From Pelagomonas calceolata (lineage: Eukaryota), in contig CAKKNE010000004.1 in assembly GCA_918797485.1 (NCBI GenBank), positions 1,364,001 through 1,428,000 on the forward strand: DNA of 64,000 nt. Reading direction: 5' to 3'. Positions 40,202-50,885 of this stretch are shown in pieces; the first letter of the stretch is position 1, and every line of letters begins with the position of its first letter. The notes beneath the pieces are model-generated. The model saw only the letters and a list, made by a program, of their open reading frames with translations, searched no databases and was not told the origin of the DNA. A program made the translations under genes and the position numbers.

Positions 40202-41521
40202 ATGGCCGAGGCAGAACCCGCTCCCTTGCGAGTCGTCGTCGGCTCCAAGAACCCCGTGAAGCTGGCAGCGGTGCGCCAAGCCTTCTTTCGGGCATTTCCA
40301 GACCGCCCGCTCGTCTGCGTCGGCCACGACGTGCCGTCCGGCGTGAGCGACCAGCCGTGGGGCCACGAGGAGACGCGGCTTGGCGCGCTCGAGCGCGTGA
40401 CCGGAGCCAGGAGGGCGGATACGGGCGCCGACTACGCAGTCGGCATCGAGGGCGGCGTCGTGGACACTGGCGCCGGCGACGGCCTCCGGAGCGTCCCCTA
40501 CGTCGCGATGGGCCTCCGTAGCGTCGCCTACGTCGCGATCTTCCGGAGCCGCGATATGGAGGGATCCTTAGAGCACACCGCGTCGTTCAAGCTGCCGCCG
40601 CGAGTGGAGCGGCTAGTCCGCGGGCGGGAGCCGGGCCACGGCAAACTCGAGCTGGGCGCCGCGTGCGACCTGGTATTTAATGAGACGAACTCGAAGCAGC
40701 GCGGCGGCACCGTGGGCGCAGTGACGTGCGGTCTCCTCGATCGAACAGCCTACTACGAGCATGCCGTCGTCTGCGCGCTGGCGCCCTTCCTCCATGACGA
40801 CAGCGGCCTCTACGACGTCAGTCCCACAGCGCCCGCGCCGGCCCCCGTGCCTGCGCCGCCCGCACCGGTCCCGGCGCCTGCGCCGGTCGCACCGCCCGCG
40901 GCGCCGCCGCCCGCGGCCCCGCCCGACGACGACGGCGACGACTTCGAGCTCGTGGCCGTCTTGTCGCCGGAGCAGCGCTCCGCGGAGTCGAGGAAGCGCG
41001 CCGAGCGGGAGGGCGACATCATCGACCTCATAGCCGACGACGACGACGACGACGGAGCGAAGCTGCAAGGGATTGCTACAACGCCAGCTTGGTATTTCCA
41101 AGACCTACACCTCCAGGAGCGACGGATAATGATCACCAACATCGCCAGACTTTTACAAGCAAGGAAACCAAATGCCACCGCGGACTGGATACAAAGACTC
41201 CCTCAGATGGCACGCCGCCTCGAGGAGTCGCTCGTCCGATCCGCGACCTCGTTCGAGGAATATCGCGATACGTCGACGTTGAAGAAGAGGCTGCAGGCAA
41301 TGGCCATAGCGATAGGGTTGCGTCTGCGACAGCAGCATCAGGCCGCCGGACCCGCGCCCGCCGCGCCGCCGCCGCCGCCGCCGCGCCCCGCCGGACCTGC
41401 GCCCGCGCCCGCCGCGAAGAGGGCGAGAGCCGCGCCGCCGCCCCGGCGCTCAACACGCCGTCAGCCACAGTCCCTCGGTCCACCTCCCGAATTCGATCTA
41501 CCGGACGTTCGGGAATTCTAG
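40202..41521 (+). CDS. YjjX-type inosine/xanthosine triphosphatase fused to a KIX-like domain
   Basis: GSKNPVK, SGVSDQP..ET..GA..R, GIEGG, ELG..D and KQRGG..G..T motifs; C-terminal WIQRLPQMARRLEESL.RSA.SFEEY.D.STLK.RL. Confidence 0.85.
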   Translation: MAEAEPAPLRVVVGSKNPVKLAAVRQAFFRAFPDRPLVCVGHDVPSGVSDQPWGHEETRLGALERVTGARRADTGADYAVGIEGGVVDTGAGDGLRSVPYVAMGLRSVAYVAIFRSRDMEGSLEHTASFKLPPRVERLVRGREPGHGKLELGAACDLVFNETNSKQRGGTVGAVTCGLLDRTAYYEHAVVCALAPFLHDDSGLYDVSPTAPAPAPVPAPPAPVPAPAPVAPPAAPPPAAPPDDDGDDFELVAVLSPEQRSAESRKRAEREGDIIDLIADDDDDDGAKLQGIATTPAWYFQDLHLQERRIMITNIARLLQARKPNATADWIQRLPQMARRLEESLVRSATSFEEYRDTSTLKKRLQAMAIAIGLRLRQQHQAAGPAPAAPPPPPPRPAGPAPAPAAKRARAAPPPRRSTRRQPQSLGPPPEFDLPDVREF

Positions 41522-41542
41522 AAAGTAACACGCACGTTCTTC

Positions 41543-44500
41543 TTAGTTCGCCCCCACCAATCTTCGCTTCGCGCCGAGGAACGCGTCGAGGTCCCAGTCG
41601 CGCGGGCGCTTGATGTTGTGCGCGCCGTTGTAGACGACCAGCACTCGAACATCAGGATGCTCCATATCATATAAACCCTGCAATAATTTGGGCGTGATGA
41701 GCCAGTACTGCGGTGCCCCAGGGCCCGTACTATTCAACACCACCCTTCTAAACACTATGCGCTCATTGACCTCGTCCATGCCTTGGTTGATTTCATCGAC
41801 CACGCGAAAGGGAGACGGCAAGTGCGCCTGCAGGGCCATGAGGAACATTATGGTAGAAACACTTCGTTCACCGCCCGACTGCACTCGCGCATCTAACTGT
41901 CGTAAATCGCAAGCATCTCTGAAAGCAACTTTAATAGCTAAGCCCCACCTGGCAAAGGTCGGCTGCTCGACCAGCTCGACGTCGCCTCTAGCGCCCAGCG
42001 TCTCCATGTAATCGCCGAATTTGGTCTTCAGAGAAGATAGAGCGTCGCGCAGCGTCTTCTCCCAGGGCCCCCGCAGTTTATTCAGCTCCGCCGTGCGAGC
42101 GTCGTCGGCGCCCTGCATGCCGTCGACCTTCTCCTTCAATGCATCTCTCTTCTTTTGCAGTTCCTCGACGCGCTTCTGGAGACCCCTATCTTCATGAATG
42201 CGAGAAGCCTCCTTGCGCTCCGCGTCCAAGATGGCTTCGACACTCGCCGAATCCTCGGGCAACTCTTGGAGTTTCGCATGTAAGTCGTTGTCGTCGTACG
42301 GGGCTATTTCCTCCGCAGCCTCCTTCAGAGCCCTAGCTTCGCCCTTCAACACGTCGAACGCGGCGATGGCCTTCTTCGCCGCGTCCTGGAGCTGCTGCGT
42401 CTCCTGCTCCTTGTCCTGGAGAGCTTCGACGGCTCGCGCCGAGGCGTCCTTGGCCGCATCCCTTTCAACCATGACGTAAGCCACCTTCTCCGTGCACGCG
42501 TGCAAGTCCTTGCAGCCCGCCGCGCACGCGCCGAAGACTTTGGTGACCGCTTCTAAGCGTTGTTCGAGCTTCCGCGTCTGACTTGCTTTCAATTTGTCTT
42601 TTTCGCTCTCCTCGCGTTGGGCCTTCGCCTCGGCCCGCTGAGCTTTTTCTTCACAGGCATCCTTGTTCCGCGTCGCTTTATTAAAAGCAGCGAGGTCCTT
42701 GCCCGCGACCTGGACCCTCTTGGCCTCGTCGTCGGCGGCGCACTGCTTTACGTCGGCTTCTTTTTCTAGTCTTTCTGCCGTTTTGGTGGCGGCGTCGAGC
42801 GCGCGTTCCGCCTTCTTCACGTCCTGTTCGAGTCTCGTTTTATCATCGGTGTTGCCGTCGTCCAGTGCTGGTAGTTTCTGGGAGGAGTACTGCTTCCTAC
42901 TGGTAGCTGTAGTCGTATCCTTGTTACCGTATCGAGAAACGTAAGCTTGGAACCTGGAAATGATCTGGACCTTCGGGTTGGGGCCTTCCTGCGTCGCCGA
43001 CAGCGCGAGGTAGCCTTGGGGACCGGTTAACAACGGCTCCAATCTCTGAATATTCGACTCCATACTACTATCTCCCAGCACGACGTTGTGGATCATGTGG
43101 TGCCCGTATAAAACCTCCATGATGGCCGGTGGGGCCTCGACGAAGCTATCGAGCGTGTCCCGCACCCCGAGCTTCCGCATCTGCGACAGCTTCGCAGCAT
43201 CATAAAAACATTTTCCTTTGCCTTTGAGGGTCTCCGCGTTCTGGAGGTTGATCGTCTTGAACCCACTGTTGTTGTTGATGAAGTCGTACAACGCATCATA
43301 ATCCGTCTTCGACTGGCAGACGAACGACGTCCAGATCCACGAGCCCACGGCGTGCTCGAGCGCGCACCTGGCGCCGTCGTCCTCGACGTCCGTCTCCAGC
43401 GCGACGGGACCCAATACAGGCTTCCTAAATCTCCCCGAGTTCTGATCCAACCACTGCCGCAGCCGCACCGCTTCGCTCCCGGCCCGCCCGTGGGCCCGCT
43501 CGAAGGTCTGCTGGCGCAACTTCACGGTCGACACTTTTTGCAGTTGTTGCTTCGCGGCCTTCAGGTCTCGTTGTAAAGGTGTCAGTGCATCTCGGGCGTC
43601 CTGCGCGGCGTCCTGCGCCCGTCTAGAAGCTGTTTGCGCTTCCACTAACGCAGGCTTCAACGCATTAACGCGTCTCTTCAACCCGATCACATCGACAGTC
43701 CCTAAAGCTTCGAGCGCGCGTTGCGCCGTGTCCGCGGCCTTCCGCAGCTTCTCGGCGTGGGCCTTGGCCTTGGCCGCGCGCTGCTCCGCGTTCTTCGAGG
43801 AGTCCTTTTCGCTCTCGAGGTCCTCCAACCTTCTCTCGAGGTCCTTCTTATCTCGCTCGAGGTGAGCGAAGGCGTCCGCGGTCTGCCGTTGCTTGGCGTC
43901 GTACTTCTGTTTCGCTTGTTGTCTGGCGCGCTCGGCGCGGTCGCGCTCTTCTCTGAGCGGCTGGGCTTCTTCATCAGCTTCCTTGACCTTCTCCACGGCC
44001 GTTTTCTTCGCCTCCTTCGCGGCTAGAGCCAACTCGCGTTTCTCCTCGAACTTGACCCACGCCAGGCGCTGCTCGCAGAGCCGCGCCTTCTCGACGTGCC
44101 GCTGTCTTCTCTCAAGACGAGCCTGCTCCGGCTCCAACTCTTTCAACCGCTTCTCGCAGTCCTCGAGCTCCTCGGCGGCCGTGCGTATGCGCCGGGCCCC
44201 CTCCGACGCCGCCTTCTCGGCCTTGATGAGCGCCTCGTGTTTATCGACGAGGTCTTGGCCGCCCAACGCTTTCTCCGTTTCTCTCAACAACCCAATATCA
44301 TCAAAGGCCGAGAACTCGCCGACCTTCTCCTGCGGTAAAAAAGTGCACAGGTTGCCGATCTGAATTTTGAGGTCCTTCTCCACGAGTTCCTTCACTTGTG
44401 GCTCCGTCGCGGACTTGCCGTCGATCTTCCACTTGGACGTGCCTCTTTGGGAGCGCGTGATCCTTCGCTCGATCGTTCGGGTTCTGCCCGTGGCTTCGTC

Positions 44501-44832
44501 GTCTAGTAGCTCTAACTCCGTAACGGCCACGTCTCGACCCGTCAGGATGAACTCCGATAGCGTGTCCGCTCGACCTAGTTGTCTCGGGGCCGCACCTAAC
44601 CCGACGGCGATGGCCATGACAATACTCGACTTGCCGGTACCGTTCGGGCCCATGACCACATTCAATCTGGGTCCGGGCCGGAATTCCACCTGTGCGTAGA
44701 GAGGGTCGCGTCGCGTCGGCGGGAAACGCGTTCGACGCCGAAGCACGCCGCCTCGTAGGTCAGGAACTGGAAGAGCTTGACGCGGACGATGGCGCCGCGG
44801 CCGAAGGAGGACTCTTGCGGCGTCGCGGCCAT
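41543..44832 (-). CDS. SMC5: Structural maintenance of chromosomes protein 5; GC-AG intron 44690-44748
   Basis: GAIVRVKLFQFLTYEA|VEFRPGPRLN; Walker A GPNGTGKSS; NLCTFLPQEKV; QSGGERSV; PFRVVDEINQGMD; LITPKLL. Confidence 0.95.
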
Positions 44833-45105
44833 CTTGGTCTCGTATGTCCCTCCTCCGCAAGGACCGGTCTCTGTCGGCTACGCGGCGCGGCGGCGGCGCG
44901 CGCGGGTCGCGCAGCGCTGCGGCGGGGCTGTGAGAGTGTTGATAAGCCCACTGCCGCCCTCAGTGGCGATCTAGCGCGGCCTTAAAAACGAGTTGCGCGC
45001 TCGGCACGGTCAAATCTCTAGTGTGTCAAAGAGACGCTAGCACCGCCAATTCAAGCAAAAAAAGAGCTGCCCCACGCTGTCGCCGCGACCCATCCGTCTA
45101 AGGGG

Positions 45106-46236
45106 ATGATCCTCACGCAGTGCGCCGTCTGCGCCACCGACCTTGGCTTGACCTTGGGCAAGAAATGCGGCCGCTGCAGCACGCGCTACTGTGGGCCTGA
45201 ATGCCAGGTGCAGCACTGGGAACAGGGCGGCCACGACAAGCTCTGCAAACCAATAAAAAAAGCTGGTGGTGCCGAGCAGTACAACGCGAATAAGAAGTAC
45301 GCGGAGGCCGTCACGGTCGCGGCCGAGAAATGCGCGGACGACACCAAAGGCCAGACGTGCTACATCTGCACGCAGGCCCTCCACTGGAAGACGAAGGAGG
45401 GTCTCGTGCGCGGGTGTGCGTGCCGCGGGACGGCGGGTTTTGCGCACGTGTCGTGCTTGGCGGAGGAGGCGAAGGTTTTGGTTGCGGAGGTCGAGGAGAA
45501 CAATTTGAGCGGCAAGGTGGGCAATGAGAGGTGGGCGCGGTGGTACGCGTGCAGCCTGTGCGAGCAACGTTACCACGGCGTCGTGAAATGCGCGCTCGGG
45601 TGGGCATGCTGGAAGACGTACTTGGGGCGGCCGGAGGGGAACTCGTCTCGGCGAAGTGCGATGACGCAGCTTGGGAACGGTTTAGCCAATGCAGGACACC
45701 ACGAGGACGAGTTATCCGTGAGAGAGGCCGAGTTGGCTATGGAGCGGCGACTTGACGCACCAGAAGAAGACGTCTTCGTCACGCAGAGCAATCTTGCGAG
45801 CACATATCGAGAGCTTGGACTGATCGAGAAGGCAACAGACATGCTTCGAAATGTATACTCTGGGCGTGTGAGGCTCAAGGGCGAGGAAGACCAAGAGACT
45901 ATCATAGCAGCCCTCAACTACGCATCGAACCTTGGTCAGCTACGGCGCTTCGAAGAAGCCAAGTCACTGCTGCGCAAAATTATGCCCGTGGCGCGACGCA
46001 TTTTGGGAGAGACTCATGAGATCACGCTCAGAACGAGGAAAATTTACGCGCAAGTGCTCTACAACGACCCCGGCGCCACGCTCGACGATCTCCGCGAGAC
46101 CGCGGCGACGCTCGAGGAGACGGGACGGATCGCGCGGCGCGTGTTCGGCGACACGCATCCGCTCACGGTGGATATTGAGGGCAGCCTGCAAACGGCACGA
46201 GCCGTGCTCTTCGCCCACATCACCGCGCCGGCGTAA
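45106..46236 (+). CDS. MYND finger + RING-CH/RINGv + kinesin-light-chain-type TPR protein
   Basis: CAVC..CGRC..YC..CQ..HW..H..C; CYIC..CACRG..HVSCL..CSLC; TPR_10/12-like helices. Confidence 0.85.
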   Translation: MILTQCAVCATDLGLTLGKKCGRCSTRYCGPECQVQHWEQGGHDKLCKPIKKAGGAEQYNANKKYAEAVTVAAEKCADDTKGQTCYICTQALHWKTKEGLVRGCACRGTAGFAHVSCLAEEAKVLVAEVEENNLSGKVGNERWARWYACSLCEQRYHGVVKCALGWACWKTYLGRPEGNSSRRSAMTQLGNGLANAGHHEDELSVREAELAMERRLDAPEEDVFVTQSNLASTYRELGLIEKATDMLRNVYSGRVRLKGEEDQETIIAALNYASNLGQLRRFEEAKSLLRKIMPVARRILGETHEITLRTRKIYAQVLYNDPGATLDDLRETAATLEETGRIARRVFGDTHPLTVDIEGSLQTARAVLFAHITAPA

Positions 46237-46282
46237 AGTCTACTAGTAACAGGGGTCTTTACACGAGGAAGGAAGGAATAAG

Positions 46283-47053
46283 CTAGCCCGCCACGACGTC
46301 GTGCGTGAAGTCGTAGTCGATCGTAGGGATCATGTTCGCAATAAACTTCAGAAAGAAGAAGAGTGCTTGTGCCGGATCCACGCCCTTCCCGTTCCGGGCC
46401 GCCTGGTCGAGAATGCGCTTCATGGCCTGGGGGTGCTTGCAGGGGTGGATCGACGCGTGCGGCAGGTCGGCCAAGTGGGGGTGGCGCTCGAAGGTCACCG
46501 TTCTAAGTGCATAGGCGGATACTATATCTTCCAAAGTTTGTTTTTGGGTGAGCGGAGCGTGCTGCTCGTTGTAGCCGAAGAGCCACATGCGCGGCGACTG
46601 CCAGTACTTGTCGTAGGTTATGGAGAGGTCATATCGCCTCGTTTGCAAGGTAGCTGGGGCGGCCGCGTCGTCATTTACCTGCAGAGAAGCCTCTTCTAAC
46701 GACGCACAGACGTCATCCACTTCCGCTTCTGTTGATGACGGAGTAGTGACCTTGGGCACGACGAAGTCGCCTTCAGTGTCCACATCCTCACCGCAGCCTT
46801 CTACTGCTTTGGCCCTTTGGGCACAAGGAACATCGCGAGTGACCAGGTATTGTTTATCAGCCGGCAGGTAGTTCTTGCGTCGCGACGCGTCGCCGCTCTC
46901 CCAGGCCCAGGTTGGACACTTGCCGACGAGCTCGTCCCCTGCTTTGACGAACTCGTCCGGCGTCAGGACGCCGCGTTCCGCGAAGGCGCTCTGCTGGAGG
47001 ACGGGGTAGAGCGCTTCGCGCACTTCTTTCGCCTTGGCGAGGAGGCGGGCCAT
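46283..47053 (-). CDS. ATG3: Autophagy E2-like conjugating enzyme Atg3
   Basis: GVLTPDEFVKAGDELV.KCPTW.W, YLP.DKQYLVTR.VPC, YDLSITYDKYWQSPRMWL, catalytic HPCKH, FLKF..IPTIDYD. Confidence 0.95.
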   Translation of the reverse strand: MARLLAKAKEVREALYPVLQQSAFAERGVLTPDEFVKAGDELVGKCPTWAWESGDASRRKNYLPADKQYLVTRDVPCAQRAKAVEGCGEDVDTEGDFVVPKVTTPSSTEAEVDDVCASLEEASLQVNDDAAAPATLQTRRYDLSITYDKYWQSPRMWLFGYNEQHAPLTQKQTLEDIVSAYALRTVTFERHPHLADLPHASIHPCKHPQAMKRILDQAARNGKGVDPAQALFFFLKFIANMIPTIDYDFTHDVVAG

Positions 47054-47081
47054 ACTGTCGTCGGGACGATGGCGTGGGTTT

Positions 47082-47137
47082 AAGAAGCCCCGCGGGGGCC
47101 CGTGGCTAGGCGGCCTAGCTCTAAGCAAAGCAAGAAG
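47082..47137 (+). mobile_element. 44-bp insertion (copy 2) flanked by the direct repeat AAGAAG
   Basis: AAGAAG at 47082-47087 and 47132-47137; 3' 24 bp of the insert identical to copy 1. Confidence 0.6.
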
Positions 47138-47383
47138 ATAATTTGTATGGGGCCTTCCCGCGGCTCCTTCGAAAGGCCGAAGCGTGCAGCACCGGGCGCG
47201 GAGACGTCAGAAGTACTTTGAGTAAATCCACGCAGCTTTCAGGACTAGGAGGGCCTGGGGGGGCACAAATTCGTCCTGGGCCGGTCAATTATATTTTCGA
47301 CCTAGCGCCTATGGACACTAGAATTTCGCAAAGCCGGCCGGCGCGGAGATCCACGAGTAAAAAGAACGATTTAAGAAAGACAG

Positions 47384-48583
47384 CTACGCGGCGAGGGGCT
47401 CCAGGCTCTCGGGCGGCGCCTCCGCGGGCTCCGCGGGTTCCGCCGCCGCGGGCGCGGCGCCCTCGGCCGTTGGTGCCTCGGCCTCGGCCGGCGCCTGGGC
47501 CGTATACCCGTAGGCCGCGAGGTACTGGGCCTGCATGACCTGCTGCTGCTCGGGCGAGAGCATCATGTACGGGTGCAGGAGCGCCTGCGCCGCCGCGGCC
47601 TGCTCCTCCGCCGTCGCCTCGGCGCCCTCAGTCGCCGCAGGAGCTGCCGCAGGAGCCGCCGCGCCGTCCTCCCCCGCCGCAGCCTGAGCGGCCGCGGCCG
47701 CATAAGCCTCGCCTCCCGCTTGATAATAATGCGCGGGGTACTGCTGATAATACTGCGCGTACATGGCTTGCGCGGAAGTAGTAGACATGCCCGCGAAGTA
47801 ATTGGAGGGCGGCTGGCCCCGCATGGAGTTGACGTACGTTTGATGGGCCTGCCTCTGGGCAGCCGCATGAGACCACGCTAAATCGGCGGAGTGCTGGCCC
47901 TGCTGCTGCTGGACCCGTAAAGCCCGTTTTTGTTCTTTCGCGGCGACCGGGGTTATTAAGTTGGACGTATGCGCCAGGGACATCTTGAGATGACCCATTC
48001 CTCTGACAGAATCGTGGAACGCCTGCTCGAGCGGTTTCAACTCCGCCTCCTCCTCGTCGAGATCTGCTGAAGACCGCTTGTAGGAACATTTCCCGATGGC
48101 TCGCTCGCCACTGAATTTTTTCGAGACCCGCATCGGCGCGCAGTTCAGCAGCTCCGCGAGCAAAGCTCGCATCGTCGTCCCTTCCGGGCAGTTCGGCACC
48201 CGGCCCGTCTTAAACAACTCCGCGACCTTCTCGGCGTAGGCCTCCTCCTCGCGCGTCCATTGGCCAAGTCTACGATTGACTTCCTGCTGTTGGGGATAAT
48301 GCTGCGGCGGCTGGGCCGCGTAGGCCGCGGCCGCCGCGGCGTAGGCGGCCTGGACGTCGGGCTGGGCGGCGTAGGCCGCGGCGGCCTGCTCGGGCGTCAT
48401 CTCTACGGGTGTTTGCTGCGCCACCTGGGGCGTTTGCTCGTCCGCGGGCGGCGGCGGCGGCGGCGCGGCCTGCGCCACGGTCTCTGGGGGTTCATTTAAC
48501 GGACCGGGGCCGTCGTAGCTGGCCGGCGCGGCCGGCGGCGCCTCCTCGGCCTTCACTGTCACGTCGGCGGGGAGTTCGGCCAT
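47384..48583 (-). CDS. Stramenopile Myb-like 'GxWTxEEExY..LNCxPMRxSKKF' family protein
   Basis: GQWTREEEAY..GTTMRALLAELLNCAPMRVSKKFSG with Q/A/Y-rich flanks. Confidence 0.8.
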   Translation of the reverse strand: MAELPADVTVKAEEAPPAAPASYDGPGPLNEPPETVAQAAPPPPPPADEQTPQVAQQTPVEMTPEQAAAAYAAQPDVQAAYAAAAAAYAAQPPQHYPQQQEVNRRLGQWTREEEAYAEKVAELFKTGRVPNCPEGTTMRALLAELLNCAPMRVSKKFSGERAIGKCSYKRSSADLDEEEAELKPLEQAFHDSVRGMGHLKMSLAHTSNLITPVAAKEQKRALRVQQQQGQHSADLAWSHAAAQRQAHQTYVNSMRGQPPSNYFAGMSTTSAQAMYAQYYQQYPAHYYQAGGEAYAAAAAQAAAGEDGAAAPAAAPAATEGAEATAEEQAAAAQALLHPYMMLSPEQQQVMQAQYLAAYGYTAQAPAEAEAPTAEGAAPAAAEPAEPAEAPPESLEPLAA

Positions 48584-49017
48584 GCTGCGGAACGCGGCGC
48601 GCGGCGCTGGAAAGGCTGCCCCGCGGCGCTAGCGATGGACAGGGCCGGCTGCCGTGTCCGGTTCTTCGCGAGGCCGCAGAAGGCTCGGCGGATCCAGCCG
48701 ACCAAGCCGGCACCGTGAAGCAAACATGCCGCGGCCTAGTAGCGGTACGCTAGGCTGCGGGGTTTTTGCTCGCGCGCGTCGACGGCTTTCGGGACGCCTC
48801 GCCGCGACGCCTCGCAGCAGGTGTGATTTTGTCTAGCGTATATGCATACTAGCATACATGCATTGCCAAGCTGTGGCCGGCGACGCTCTCACAGACGCGA
48901 CCAGAGTACGCTACAGCAGCCAGCGATCGGTGCTGCAACAGCACGCCATCGCTGCGACCCGCAGCTACCAAGCCGCAAGAGCAGCATCGCTAGGCAGCAC
49001 CGCAACACACTGCAGCC

Positions 49018-50871
49018 ATGAGTGAGCTCGCCACGACCGCCCCGCCGCCGCCGTTACGCTTGATAAGGCGGTCCCGCACGCACGGCATCGAAGTATTAAG
49101 TGCGCCCGACGGCCGCAAGGACGAAAACCAAGCGTTAGATATCGTGCAGCACCTCGGGAGAGGCGTCGTCGAAACCGCGAAGGACGGCTCGCGCCTCTGC
49201 CTCGGTGGGGGTTCTACACCTTTAGAGGTGGTAGATACGGGCGACTGGCGCCGCCGCTCGTTGCCGGACGATTCTAGTGGATGCGAACGGTTTTCATTCA
49301 GCCCGCGGGGCTCGTACCTAATCACGTGGCAGCGGCCCTCCCCCGACCAGTTCCCCGACGGGAGCCTGCGGTGCTGGTCTCTCACGGATCTGAGTCTAGC
49401 GAAAGCCTTCCACTGCAAGTTACTCAATAGGGGCGGCATCGACGCGACGCTCGCGTGGTCGGGCGACGAGAAGGTAGCCTTCCACTCGACGACGAACACC
49501 ATATCTATCTATGACGGCAGCCTCCGGGAAAAGCTCGCCACGATCAAATGCGACTCGTTGAAGGCTTTCTCGGCCTCGCCAGGCATGATACCTTATGGGG
49601 TCGCCGCGTTCGTGCCAGAGATCAAGGGAAGACCGGCTCAAGTGAAAGTCTACCAGTTCCCCTTTCCCGACGATAGTGATGGTCAGACCTGCGCCAAGTC
49701 CTTTTATAGAGCTCAAGATTGCAAGCTGACCTGGTCGCCGCACGGCCATGGGGTATTGGTGCAGACGCATACGGACGTCGACGCCACGGGTGGGAGTTAC
49801 TACGGCGGTACGGGACTGTACTTGATGCAGTCCACACCCAAAAAAAAAGGAGAGCAAGCGTTTGAATGCTTGGTGCCGTTACCGAAAGAGGGGCCGGTCG
49901 CCGCGGCTGAATGGGAACCTACGAAGGGCAAAGAATTCGTCGTCATCGCCGGTTCCATACCACCGGCGGCGGCCCTCTATAACCTGGAGGCGGAGCAGAT
50001 TTATGCGTTTGGCAACGCCCATCGGAATGTGATCTGCTGGGCGCCGCACGGTAGATTCCTAGCATTGTGCGGCTTTGGCAACTTGGCGGGCGACGTCGAC
50101 TTCTGGGACCGCAACAAAAAAAAGAAAATTGGAAGTGTCAACATGCCCTGCGCCGTGGAATACGGGTGGAGTCCGGATTCGCGACTCTTTGTCACCGCGA
50201 CGACCGCGCCTCGGATGAACGTGGACAACGGTATCCACGTGTATCGATACGACGGTTCGGGGCCTCTCAGTACCACAAAGGACCGGGACCCGTTATTCGA
50301 CTGCTTCTGGCTGCCCGGGGTGACTGACGATTATCCGGACCGCGGTGTGAGCCCAGCTTCGAAGGCGCGCATGCGCGCCGCGCCGAAGCCTGAGCCGGCC
50401 AAGGGCGCGTATCGGCCGCCCGGCGCGCGCGGCCTGAAGGGCGGCGGGTCGCTGGCGTCGATGATCCGCGCTGAAAGGGAAAAAGATAAAGGCAGCTCGG
50501 GAACCATACGGCAGAAGAAGCCCGTGGGTCCGAAGCTCCCGGTCGGCGCCGCGCCCGAGGCCGGGCCCTCGCGCAACGCGCGGCGCAAGGAGGCCGCGAA
50601 GAAGCGCAAGGAGGCCGAGGCCGCCGCGAAGGCGCTGGAGGCGTCGATCGCGGCGAAGGCGCCGCCGCCGCCCCCGGCCAAAGACGTCGCGACCATGGCG
50701 CCCGACGAGCTCCTCAAGGAGCAGAAAAAACTCAAGAAGAAGCTGAAGCAGGTCGAGGAGCTCGAGACGAAGGTAGCAGGGGGCCTGGCGCCGTCGGCGG
50801 AGCAGCGCGAGAAGCTCGCGCGCAAGGCCGCGTTGGCGGACGAGCTCGCCCAAGTCGAGGCGAGGCTATAA
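49018..50871 (+). CDS. EIF2A: Eukaryotic translation initiation factor 2A
   Basis: TDVDATGGSYYG, GFGNLAGDVDFWD, TATTAPRMNVDNG, AYRPPGAR and C-terminal KKLKQVEEL. Confidence 0.95.
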   Translation: MSELATTAPPPPLRLIRRSRTHGIEVLSAPDGRKDENQALDIVQHLGRGVVETAKDGSRLCLGGGSTPLEVVDTGDWRRRSLPDDSSGCERFSFSPRGSYLITWQRPSPDQFPDGSLRCWSLTDLSLAKAFHCKLLNRGGIDATLAWSGDEKVAFHSTTNTISIYDGSLREKLATIKCDSLKAFSASPGMIPYGVAAFVPEIKGRPAQVKVYQFPFPDDSDGQTCAKSFYRAQDCKLTWSPHGHGVLVQTHTDVDATGGSYYGGTGLYLMQSTPKKKGEQAFECLVPLPKEGPVAAAEWEPTKGKEFVVIAGSIPPAAALYNLEAEQIYAFGNAHRNVICWAPHGRFLALCGFGNLAGDVDFWDRNKKKKIGSVNMPCAVEYGWSPDSRLFVTATTAPRMNVDNGIHVYRYDGSGPLSTTKDRDPLFDCFWLPGVTDDYPDRGVSPASKARMRAAPKPEPAKGAYRPPGARGLKGGGSLASMIRAEREKDKGSSGTIRQKKPVGPKLPVGAAPEAGPSRNARRKEAAKKRKEAEAAAKALEASIAAKAPPPPPAKDVATMAPDELLKEQKKLKKKLKQVEELETKVAGGLAPSAEQREKLARKAALADELAQVEARL

Positions 50872-50885
50872 ATTATACAACATAT

